Translations under genes and position numbers: made by a program | NCBI GenBank assembly: GCA_029838215.1 | Contig: JALGVI010000087.1 | Span: 1 to 11,779 of the forward strand | Origin: Candidatus Helarchaeota archaeon | GTDB taxonomy: Archaea > Asgardarchaeota > Lokiarchaeia > Helarchaeales > RDOG01 | Reading direction: 5' to 3' | DNA: 11,779 nt | Notes under the pieces: generated by a model | Database searches by the model: none | What the model was told of the DNA's origin: nothing | The model's input: only the letters and a program-made list of their open reading frames with translations | Shown: in pieces, positions 1-7,955 of the stretch | Layout: each line of letters opens with the position of its first letter | Numbering within the stretch: position 1 is the stretch's first letter

Positions 1-1049
1 AAATCGGCGATGATTCGAAGTAAACTCATCAAAGAGCCGGGTTTATCAATAAGAGTGGTTTTAAATTTGAACAGCCGACCTGCCTTTATGAGACCTTTCA
101 CAATGATTTTCTGGATTAGCGTGATGTCGATATTTCCACCACTAATCACGACAACGATTTTTTTATTTTTCACGGTCAATTTATTCAATGCCGCAGCAAG
201 TGCGACCGAGCCTGCACCTTCGACCATTAATTTTGCACGTTCCATTAGCATCAAGATTGAGTTTGCAATTTCATCTTCTTCGACCAAGATGATTTCATCC
301 ACGAGCTCTCGGATGATTCCATACGTGATTTCGCCCGGCTTTTTAACTGCGATGCCTTCTGCGATCGTGTCGACTTCAGGCAAGTCAACAATTTTACCTT
401 TTTGGATGGATTCGTGCATGGCTGCAGCACCCGCTGCTTCAACACCCACTATCCTAATGGAGGGCTTTTTTGCCTTGCAATAACTGGCAATTCCAGAAAT
501 AAGCCCGCCCCCGCCAATGGGAACCATTATGATGTCAACATCAGGAAGCAGTTCTAGGATTTCCATTCCAATGGTGGCTTGTCCAATGATAACATCTTCA
601 TCGTTGAATGCATGAATGAATGTCAGTCCCTCTTCTTTTTGGATTTTTTTTGCGTGTTTATATGCTTCATCGTAATTATCTCCCCGAATCAAAACGCGTG
701 CGCCATAGCCCTTGATGGCTTGAGCTTTTATGAGCGGAGTGCCTTCAGGGATCACGACTGTAGAAGAAATACCATTAATAGATGCAGCCAATGCCACACC
801 TTGCCCGTGGTTGCCGGCGGAGCTCGTGATCACGCCCGCCTCTTTCTCATTTTCACTTAAATGAGCAATTTTATTCAATGCCCCTCGGATCTTAAAGGAC
901 CCAGTTTTTTGTAGATTTTCCAATTTTAAAAAAATTTCGTTTCCCGTCAAAGTACTGAATGTTTTGCTTTGATCCAACGGAGTGACATGAACGAAATTTC
1001 CTAAAATCGTCCTTGCTTTCGTGACTCTTTCAATAACATTCTCTATCAA
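1..1049 (-). CDS. ilvA: Threonine ammonia-lyase (threonine dehydratase), PLP-dependent, with C-terminal ACT domain; 3' end runs off the window
   Basis: Translated manually (absent from ORF track). Motifs: LKLENLQKTGSFKIRGA (PLP lysine), SSAGNHGQGVA, HAFNDEDVIIGQATIG, VPIGGGGLISG, VISGGNID, then ACT start LIDKPGSLMSLL. Probable TTG start at 1049, with an in-frame TGA 3 codons upstream and GAGTGA just upstream. Confidence 0.95.
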   Translation of the reverse strand, partial: MIENVIERVTKARTILGNFVHVTPLDQSKTFSTLTGNEIFLKLENLQKTGSFKIRGALNKIAHLSENEKEAGVITSSAGNHGQGVALAASINGISSTVVIPEGTPLIKAQAIKGYGARVLIRGDNYDEAYKHAKKIQKEEGLTFIHAFNDEDVIIGQATIGMEILELLPDVDIIMVPIGGGGLISGIASYCKAKKPSIRIVGVEAAGAAAMHESIQKGKIVDLPEVDTIAEGIAVKKPGEITYGIIRELVDEIILVEEDEIANSILMLMERAKLMVEGAGSVALAAALNKLTVKNKKIVVVISGGNIDITLIQKIIVKGLIKAGRLFKFKTTLIDKPGSLMSLLRIIAD

Positions 1050-1155
1050 GTCAAATCACTCGGGGTTTTAGAAGGGAGATTAAATCAATTCAGTATTTTC
1101 GGATTATCCTTTTTATTAGTTTCGAGAGAAAAAGCAGGACGTGAAAAGTTGGACG

Positions 1156-1166
1156 AAAAAAAAAAA
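1156..1166 (-). terminator. Oligo-T (T11 on minus strand) archaeal-type terminator after the HAAS gene
   Basis: A11 run on the + strand, about 15 nt past the stop at 1181. Confidence 0.55.
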
Positions 1167-1180
1167 GAAATGACATGTAG

Positions 1181-2437
1181 TTACGGGTGGTAAAAATCCG
1201 TATTTTTCCGTTTGGCAGTTCTGACACGGTACTCTAGTTTTAAGATATTTACAACCTGCATAATGACATCAATGATGGTGAAGAAGATTGCAAATCCAAA
1301 GAATACCTGACATGCCCACCAAAAAGGCTGTGGAACAAGTATGATGGTAGGGAACGGCATTGGATAATACCACCAGATCATCGGCATCATGTATGGCTTG
1401 AGGAATAATACTATAATGAAGGGAATCGAAGCAATCTTGACGAACATGTTGAAACAGAGCAACACTTCATGTGCTGTTGGATTGTGATTTCCCAAGATCC
1501 CGCGTGATAATTCAATTCCGCCGCCAATGAGCGCAAATACACCAAAAAACCTGAGCCAAAATAGGAATTCGGGATGAAAAAAGACATTTAAGATCAGAAT
1601 TGGTTGCAATAGCATCAGATATCCCAATACTAACGTGAAAATGCCTCCGAAGATCGCCCCACCTTGATCGACCATTTTCACCGGCTTTTCTTCAGGTAGC
1701 TCTATTTCAGATCTAATGGATTCTTTCTCTTGAGCCGCTGTTTCGGGAATTTCAGAAGTTCTTTCCATTGTAGATGTAGCATTTAATCTTGACTCTTCCC
1801 GTGAATGCTTGCTACCGCCTATCATCACGGAGTGTGGCGTTGGAAATCCTTCGGGCTTTGGAATTATGCCGTATTCAAAAGGCCATTCCTTAAGAGTGGT
1901 TGAATCAATTTGAAAGTCCTCGGGAAGATAACCTTCCATTGACATCCAGATGAACAAAATCGTTAGTGTTGTAAAGACCACCGTGCCACCTAGAAGTGTT
2001 CCTCCTGCAGCGGTGAGAATATTGTTGAGTATGTCAATCGTCTGTGCCATTCCAAGCAATGAAAGCACGAAGGTTGAGGTTACAGAAGTTATTGCCACGA
2101 TAGCATTTATGGCAATGACGATAATGAACAATGCTTCCAGAGCTACATAGTAAATGGGGAATAGCTCCTTTGAGATATAGAGCATTGGAGTCCCGCGCCG
2201 TTTATATTCCCGGGCAATGCTTGATGGAGACCCCATTTGTGCGATGGCTTCCCGCACGGATTCGTAAGTTGGTTCTCCAGAACTCGAGAGTTCGGTTGCC
2301 TTGTCATATACATGTTCCTGAAGTTCATCCAAAATGTCTTGGACTTCATCTTTTTTCTCTTTTAACCATTCAGGGAGTTTATTCTTGATTTTTTCTAAAA
2401 ATTGATTTATTAATGCTTCTTTTTCGTTTTCACTCAT
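1181..2437 (-). CDS. HAAS-domain multi-pass membrane protein (PadR-associated sensor)
   Basis: The N-terminal INQFLEKIKNKLP...ILDELQEHVYD...AIAQMGSPSSIAREY has the HAAS pattern. It is followed by about 7 hydrophobic segments. ATGA overlap with the upstream PadR gene at 2434-2437. Confidence 0.8.
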   Translation of the reverse strand: MSENEKEALINQFLEKIKNKLPEWLKEKKDEVQDILDELQEHVYDKATELSSSGEPTYESVREAIAQMGSPSSIAREYKRRGTPMLYISKELFPIYYVALEALFIIVIAINAIVAITSVTSTFVLSLLGMAQTIDILNNILTAAGGTLLGGTVVFTTLTILFIWMSMEGYLPEDFQIDSTTLKEWPFEYGIIPKPEGFPTPHSVMIGGSKHSREESRLNATSTMERTSEIPETAAQEKESIRSEIELPEEKPVKMVDQGGAIFGGIFTLVLGYLMLLQPILILNVFFHPEFLFWLRFFGVFALIGGGIELSRGILGNHNPTAHEVLLCFNMFVKIASIPFIIVLFLKPYMMPMIWWYYPMPFPTIILVPQPFWWACQVFFGFAIFFTIIDVIMQVVNILKLEYRVRTAKRKNTDFYHP

Positions 2438-2970
2438 TGGTTCAAACTCCTTCTTTTTAATTCTTCAATATTATTTCCGCAGACTTCACAAAATCGAACT
2501 GTTTCATCTCGAAGTGAGATCCTGTTTGCGCATTGGGGACAATATATAAATTTCTCCTTGAGCACGACTTTGATGTCAATTAAACTGGCAATGGACTCGA
2601 TGAGCTTGCTGAAAAAACCAGAAATATGGTTAAAAATCTTCAAACCACTTTCGGTTAAGTGGTAATATTTTCTGGGTCGACCCTTGAATTGCTTTTTTGT
2701 CGATTCAACGATTCCTTTCTTTTCCAAGTTTTTCAAGAGAGGATATAGTGTCCCTTCTTCAATGACCAGCATTCCACCCGTAGCTTCTTCTAGTTCCTTG
2801 AGGATTTGATATCCATAGGCACCTTCACCGTTATACTTATTAATAATTGAGAGGATGCAAATGGTACTGGTGCCCCTGAGCGTTTCGGACTCGATACTTT
2901 CCACATAATTCCTAAATATGTCGTCCTTTATCAGCGCAGATGAAGACAATTCTTTTACTCGCTTTATCAT
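2434..2970 (-). CDS. PadR-family winged-helix transcriptional regulator with C-terminal zinc ribbon
   Basis: LRGT..ICILSII..YGYQILKEL..IEEGTLYPLLKNLEKKGIV..GRPRKYYHLTESG is the PadR signature. C-terminal CPQC-x13-CEVC. Confidence 0.92.
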   Translation of the reverse strand: MIKRVKELSSSALIKDDIFRNYVESIESETLRGTSTICILSIINKYNGEGAYGYQILKELEEATGGMLVIEEGTLYPLLKNLEKKGIVESTKKQFKGRPRKYYHLTESGLKIFNHISGFFSKLIESIASLIDIKVVLKEKFIYCPQCANRISLRDETVRFCEVCGNNIEELKRRSLNQ

Positions 2971-2973
2971 GTT

Positions 2974-3225
2974 TTACATCTCAATCCATGATTTTTTTGA
3001 TCCAAATTCGATAATTCCATCTTCAAGAATGAAAAACTTGATGAACGGTCTTTTTTTCTTTGGAATTTTTGATATTGCACGCGAGTCAGAGGTATCACTC
3101 AAATTAAACGTGGCGACAGAATGGTACTCATCTGTTTTCGCCAATATTATTTTCAACGTGCCTGTAAGACCATTTTTTCGAGGGAATACTTTTTCTCCAT
3201 TCGTGATCTCGTTCATCAACAACAA
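2974..3225 (-). CDS. Small hypothetical protein (about 80-90 aa), start uncertain
   Basis: Fills the gap between a candidate promoter and padR and stops 3 nt before the padR ATG. No recognisable motif. Confidence 0.5.
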   Translation of the reverse strand: MLLMNEITNGEKVFPRKNGLTGTLKIILAKTDEYHSVATFNLSDTSDSRAISKIPKKKRPFIKFFILEDGIIEFGSKKSWIEM

Positions 3226-3312
3226 CTCGTTATTTTCAATTTTTCACATGATGGTGGTTCGATATTATTTGTTTCTTGCTATGGGTTGCTTACTATGAGT
3301 AGTTAGGTATCC

Positions 3313-3330
3313 TTAAAATAAAAACCTTTC
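3313..3330 (-). promoter_or_regulatory. Candidate BRE/TATA promoter for the small ORF-padR-HAAS unit
   Basis: Minus strand reads GAAAGGTTTTTATTTTAA: a purine-rich BRE-like element followed by a TATA-like box. Confidence 0.5.
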
Positions 3331-3481
3331 GAATCAAGCAATCATCGATTTTTGATAAGGCGGTAGTAAAGAATTATATCTAAGAAATGGATAGGATAAG
3401 TGAGGTTTTTTAAGAATAATTAGATTGTAAAAAGCGGTCTTGACTTTGTCAAACCATTAAACATGAGTTTTGTGAAATATA

Positions 3482-4255
3482 TCACGCTATTCGCTTCAAA
3501 ATGGTTTGCCATGCATCAAGCTTCAGAAAGCTCTCATCCATATCCTGAAAAACTTGAATCAAACGATTGAAAGTCACCGTGAAGCTGGCTATATCAGGAC
3601 CAACGTGCTTACGAGAAAGCATATCGCTTAAAAGACCAATAACCGCTCTTGAAACAGGTTTTCTATCGATTTCTGCAAGCGGTTCCGTGACTATTGAGCC
3701 ACACGCAGAAGACAAACCAATGGTTATCCCATTATTAGTGTCGTAATTGAAAAGTTGAACGAGCCCTCCCAATTGATCCATTTTGACAAAAAAAATTACT
3801 AAATCAGGAGTATATTGTTTCAGATCCATCTTCCGTAACGGCATGAACACGGCATATTTCTTCGGATGTTTTTGAAATGGCACGTTTTTATAGAAATCCC
3901 TGGCAACTTCAGGTGTTTTTTTAAATCGCTCTCCCTCTAAAAACATTTCATCTGGATTATTACCAGGAATCCCTGTCGAAAGAAAATATTCGATGCCTGA
4001 AATCATTTTCTTAAAGCCCAGATATGCCATACCACCCATGCACACGCGCCTGCTTTCCTTGCCGATGACAAGAGTCCTCCCGCGTCGCACTCCATTTAAA
4101 AATTGAATGATACAAGGATTCATATCCTTATTTTTAGGATGGGGTTTAAAAGGCGGTTGCGGGGGATCATCCGTATAGAAAAAAGCGATCGGAGATTCTT
4201 TTAAATTGAAATATCGAGTGAATTTTTCGACAATTTGTTCACTATTAAGAGACAT
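3482..4255 (-). CDS. DUF169 family protein
   Basis: LKESPIAFFY..PCIIQFL..VCMGGMAYLG..FLSTG..EGERFKKTPE..PDLVIFF..SACGSIV pattern. The ATG at 4255 follows a GGTGA SD. The alternative ATG at 4282 overlaps the upstream stop (ATGA). Confidence 0.85.
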   Translation of the reverse strand: MSLNSEQIVEKFTRYFNLKESPIAFFYTDDPPQPPFKPHPKNKDMNPCIIQFLNGVRRGRTLVIGKESRRVCMGGMAYLGFKKMISGIEYFLSTGIPGNNPDEMFLEGERFKKTPEVARDFYKNVPFQKHPKKYAVFMPLRKMDLKQYTPDLVIFFVKMDQLGGLVQLFNYDTNNGITIGLSSACGSIVTEPLAEIDRKPVSRAVIGLLSDMLSRKHVGPDIASFTVTFNRLIQVFQDMDESFLKLDAWQTILKRIA

Positions 4256-4278
4256 GCAATCACCAATTACGAGTTGAA

Positions 4279-5307
4279 TCATGCTTTTTTTATGGAATTT
4301 AATGGTTTAAAGCCCGAGAAATAGACCAAATTCGTTCCTTTATGCCTTGCAATTCTTGATATTGCGCGTAAGCCTTCTTGATCTTTTTTGTGCGTGAATA
4401 AGAAAATCTCATTAGGAGATTTATATTGCTCTATTCGTTCAACGATCTTTAAAATGCGAGTTGCATCCATCATTGAACTTTGATTGAATTGTGCCTCAGT
4501 GAGGATTCGAAGCATCGGTTTTAGAAGTCCTCGAAAATACCAAGCCAGGTCACCCCATTCTAATTGAAGTTTGATCGGTAAGGACAGTGGATCCCAGTCG
4601 ATCGGCAACAATTCGTTAAGCACGAAGTCAAACGTTTTCATGCACTTCGCCATCGTGTCGTCGGGGTTCATGCAGGAATCATTCATCATGCATGTTTGTG
4701 ATGGACCGAATGACTTGACTCGATCCTTGATGTCTTTGATCAATTCGAGAATTCCATTGTTGAAATGGTCGTGCTCGTGTGAGTGGTCGTGACATTGAAC
4801 GCGATAATCAATTCGATCAACATAAATTCCGTCGGCTTCGTATTTTTCTTGAAGGGTTTCGACTTGATTGCATAGATATGAGCGCCATCCTGATGCAGGG
4901 CACATGAGTTTTGTGATGAAATCGTATTCGGAATATGGATATGCAAGAGGGAGAAAAATGGAATTGAAACCCGTGTATATCTTTCCCCATCGATTTTTAG
5001 CACCCCACACCTTCCCATTTTTCTGATAGATTTTACCTTTTGTTGCAAGTTCGGTCGCATCTACATATGGAAGAAATTTCAAACCATGATCGTGAATGAT
5101 CTTTATCATCTGTCTTAGGTTAGATTCGTTCCAAGGTGTCAGGTATTCGCCCCACGTAAGTCTTGCGTAATAATCTTCCATGATAACATATTTAATGTCC
5201 AATTCCCCAGCATGTTCAACATCCTTCTCGAACCGTTTCAATGCCTTTTCATCATCATTGAAGGAAGTCGAATAAGCATGATAAAGGACAAACCAAGCAT
5301 TTGCCAT
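4279..5307 (-). CDS. Putative glycoside-hydrolase-like TIM-barrel protein (DUF6259/clan-D-like)
   Basis: WGEY..LRQMIKIIHDHGLKFLPYVD..MCPASGWRSYL..YEADGIYVDRID is typical of (beta/alpha)8 GH-like proteins with an Asp after strand 4. ATG at 5307; the track starts at TTG 5313. Confidence 0.6.
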   Translation of the reverse strand: MANAWFVLYHAYSTSFNDDEKALKRFEKDVEHAGELDIKYVIMEDYYARLTWGEYLTPWNESNLRQMIKIIHDHGLKFLPYVDATELATKGKIYQKNGKVWGAKNRWGKIYTGFNSIFLPLAYPYSEYDFITKLMCPASGWRSYLCNQVETLQEKYEADGIYVDRIDYRVQCHDHSHEHDHFNNGILELIKDIKDRVKSFGPSQTCMMNDSCMNPDDTMAKCMKTFDFVLNELLPIDWDPLSLPIKLQLEWGDLAWYFRGLLKPMLRILTEAQFNQSSMMDATRILKIVERIEQYKSPNEIFLFTHKKDQEGLRAISRIARHKGTNLVYFSGFKPLNSIKKA

Positions 5308-5332
5308 ATTCAAGACCTTAAAATGCGAAGTT

Positions 5333-5758
5333 TTAAAAGATTAGTGTATTGGTTTCGAATTTCACATCATATGCACGAGTTAGAGGGAAGTCAATTGCTT
5401 GAATGTAACACTCAATGAACGGATTGGCGATGCACTCGCCCAAATGACCTGCGCGGATGATTTTTGATTTTTCTTTTGAGACGGTACCGTGAACGTGAAA
5501 AACGAGTTCTTGGTCTTTTTGAGCAATATTACCAATTGCGGAAACCAACTCAAGTGGTCCATCAAGGATTTCTTCGTCATATTTGACAGGTTCGGAGCTA
5601 TAAATCACCTTTATTGTCGCACTTTCGAGACCTCCGAGTGCAAACAGCCAGCCAGATTTCACGCCCGCTTGTTTACAATATTTGTTCAGCGTTAGGAAGA
5701 GTTCTTCACCTTGCTGAACGACAATGACGTGATTTGTACCTGAAGATTCATAAATCAA
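5333..5758 (-). CDS. PPC domain (DUF296) protein
   Basis: VVQQGEEL..GVKSGWLFALGGL..GPLELVSAIGNI..FHVHGTV..AGHL. Probable TTG start at 5758 just after the upstream stop; the track start is 5788. Confidence 0.9.
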   Translation of the reverse strand: MIYESSGTNHVIVVQQGEELFLTLNKYCKQAGVKSGWLFALGGLESATIKVIYSSEPVKYDEEILDGPLELVSAIGNIAQKDQELVFHVHGTVSKEKSKIIRAGHLGECIANPFIECYIQAIDFPLTRAYDVKFETNTLIF

Positions 5759-5759
5759 A

Positions 5760-6623
5760 TTAAACACCTTCTTGACCGTTTTTTCCACCTGATTTCCGTT
5801 GAAATGAAATAAATTTCATTCTATACGAAATAACAAGCGAGACGATCCCGAGAAATACATACCAACCGGTATATATTATTAAAGGGATGCCAAACGGACC
5901 CAAAATAAACAGTATGTTCCCATGAGGCGTGTATGACCAGATGGGGGCGTGTGAATTCACGCCAAAAAATTCTATTCCCCAGCCAAGCGGAGCCAAGCCA
6001 AATGCAGCAATGGGAATGATGAGAAAGGGTAACCAATTTCTCGCCGTTTTCTCACGCTTAACGACCTGAGATGCAAAAAACACCATCATGAATACTCCAA
6101 GTATCATTAATGATATCCACGCGAAATATGAAAATGGGTCCAGCCCAAATACATCCCATAAAAGTGGAAACTGTTGGAGAAGAACAAAATCGGCGACAAA
6201 CAGGTGGAATAGAAAGTAAATGGGAATGGCGATTAGTAACCCCCAGAAGACGGGTGCCAAGTAAATGACAAGCGAAAATCCAAAGATCCGAAAGAACGTC
6301 CTGTTTAAAATGGTGTCTTGAAATTGTTCCTCGTGGGTCTGAACCGACTCAATGATATAGACAAAAATGGCGGATGCGTGTAACATGACAAACCACCAAC
6401 CAAACCAGACGGGAAGAGGGAGACCGAAAAGGGGGATTAATTCTCTGATGGAGTAAACCCAGAAACCCAGAGCAATGCAAACGATTTCACCAATCCATCC
6501 TAATGGCGCACCTACGATAGAACCCAAGAAAACATCTTTTTTATGATTTTTCACGCAAAGTATTGCTCCTACTAACGTGGGAACCAGCGTAGAAGTGAAT
6601 ATCTGCGTGATGATGTTTACCAT
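5760..6623 (-). CDS. Polytopic membrane protein with two CruF/lycopene-cyclase-like repeats
   Basis: About 8 hydrophobic segments and two copies of GW..E...W.Y...FG.PL....GW. The family assignment is tentative. Confidence 0.55.
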   Translation of the reverse strand: MVNIITQIFTSTLVPTLVGAILCVKNHKKDVFLGSIVGAPLGWIGEIVCIALGFWVYSIRELIPLFGLPLPVWFGWWFVMLHASAIFVYIIESVQTHEEQFQDTILNRTFFRIFGFSLVIYLAPVFWGLLIAIPIYFLFHLFVADFVLLQQFPLLWDVFGLDPFSYFAWISLMILGVFMMVFFASQVVKREKTARNWLPFLIIPIAAFGLAPLGWGIEFFGVNSHAPIWSYTPHGNILFILGPFGIPLIIYTGWYVFLGIVSLVISYRMKFISFQRKSGGKNGQEGV

Positions 6624-6899
6624 TTTCTCAACTCAGATTTTCGATGGAATTCAGGTCGTCTTTTTCGCGAAAAGCATCTTGTTGAATAAGAAACTCTGCC
6701 ATTCAATTTATTTTTAATCATGATAATCAACTCACCATTACGTGTCTAATATAAAATAATCGAAAAATATTTTTCTTCTTGAAGAAAATTTACGTTTTGA
6801 TTCTTTTTTCGTGTTTTTTTTTCATATTTGTTTATTTTAGAGACAAGTTGAATTACAAATCAAATAAATACGAATGTCCTTTCACCAGATATTGATGAG

Positions 6900-6907
6900 T
6901 TATAAAA
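6900..6907 (+). promoter_or_regulatory. Possible TATA box (TTATAAAA) for the MCP gene
   Basis: Lies in an AT-rich divergent intergenic region, about 70 nt upstream of the ATG at 6975. Confidence 0.3.
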
Positions 6908-6974
6908 GAATTAGAATTTAAGGATGAATTTAAAGTGATATGTCCATTTTATTAAAAATTGGAAGTGTTTCAAA

Positions 6975-7955
6975 ATGCAGTTCGTATATGACTCGGCTTT
7001 ATTGGCTTACATGTTATCTGCAATAATAATTCCTGTCGAGCTCACGATTTTCTATTTTGTACTTGGCAAAGATTACAAGTCCATCGAATTCAAAGTAACT
7101 GTCGGATTTGTCACGTCATCAGTAATCTTTATTATCTGCATGGCATTCTCGATGGGAACAATGCAAGGACATCCTATCGGGAGCTTGATTACAGCACCAA
7201 TTTTAGCTGTAGGTCCTTTTGTGATAATGTACGTATTGGTTAAAGCCGTTAGAAGAGAACGATTGCGGTTAGAAAAAGTTTTGGAAAATAGCACGGAAGT
7301 TAGTATTAATGTTTCCAACATGGCAACGGAGTTGGCTGCAAGTGCGAGCGAAGTGAACGCATCCGCTGAAGAAATATCTGCAACCACGCAAGAAGTTTCA
7401 TCCAGTTCACAAAATCAAGTAAAAAAATTGGAATCAATAAACACGACATCGTCCAAGATCGAGGAATTATCGAGACGAATAAAATCATCCAGTGATCAAA
7501 TCCGTAACGTCATGGATATCATCGTGAACATCGCTGACCAAACGAATCTACTTGCGTTGAATGCTAGCATTGAAGCGGGTCGGGCGGGAGAACACGGACG
7601 GGGTTTTTCCGTTGTTGCTGACGAAGTCCGAAAGCTGGCGGAAGAATCTAAAGCCGCAATTGGAAATTCAAACGAAAAAATCCAATCAATAATTAATGAA
7701 ATAGGCAAAAGCATGGAATTATTCGTTACGATTGCAACGGATATAAAAGAAGCTTTAAAAGCAAGTGAAGATACATCCATTGCGATGGAAGAGATCAGTT
7801 CTTCTGCAGAACAACAAACGGCATCAATGGAAGAAATCTCCGCAACGGCTAACAGGCTTGGAGAATTAGCAGAAAGATTGAAAGTTAGCTTGGCGGAAAA
7901 CATCCCGGATTCCGCAAAGAAAAAAGACTTGGAAGCATTCACGGGAAAAAATTAA
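6975..7955 (+). CDS. Methyl-accepting chemotaxis protein (3 N-terminal TM helices, short signalling hairpin)
   Basis: [40 protein letters not shown] hairpin tip. Methylation-type repeats SAEEISA and [14 protein letters not shown]. Confidence 0.95.
   Translation: MQFVYDSALLAYMLSAIIIPVELTIFYFVLGKDYKSIEFKVTVGFVTSSVIFIICMAFSMGTMQGHPIGSLITAPILAVGPFVIMYVLVKAVRRERLRLEKVLENSTEVSINVSNMATELAASASEVNASAEEISATTQEVSSSSQNQVKKLESINTTSSKIEELSRRIKSSSDQIRNVMDIIVNIADQTNLLALNASIEAGRAGEHGRGFSVVADEVRKLAEESKAAIGNSNEKIQSIINEIGKSMELFVTIATDIKEALKASEDTSIAMEEISSSAEQQTASMEEISATANRLGELAERLKVSLAENIPDSAKKKDLEAFTGKN

Noticed and set aside
10-860. Track ORFs 10..483 (+), 251..445 (-) and 579..860 (+)
   Set aside because: Shadow frames over ilvA, which has all hallmark motifs.
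3440-3452. Inverted repeat TTGAC-ttt-GTCAA, and TACT-atg-AGTA at 3291-3301, as PadR operators
   Set aside because: Arms of 4-5 bp are expected by chance, and there is no second copy to support a motif.
6908-6935. Repeated GAATT(T)A units upstream of the MCP gene
   Set aside because: Short, imperfect and in very AT-rich DNA; not a CRISPR or credible tandem repeat.
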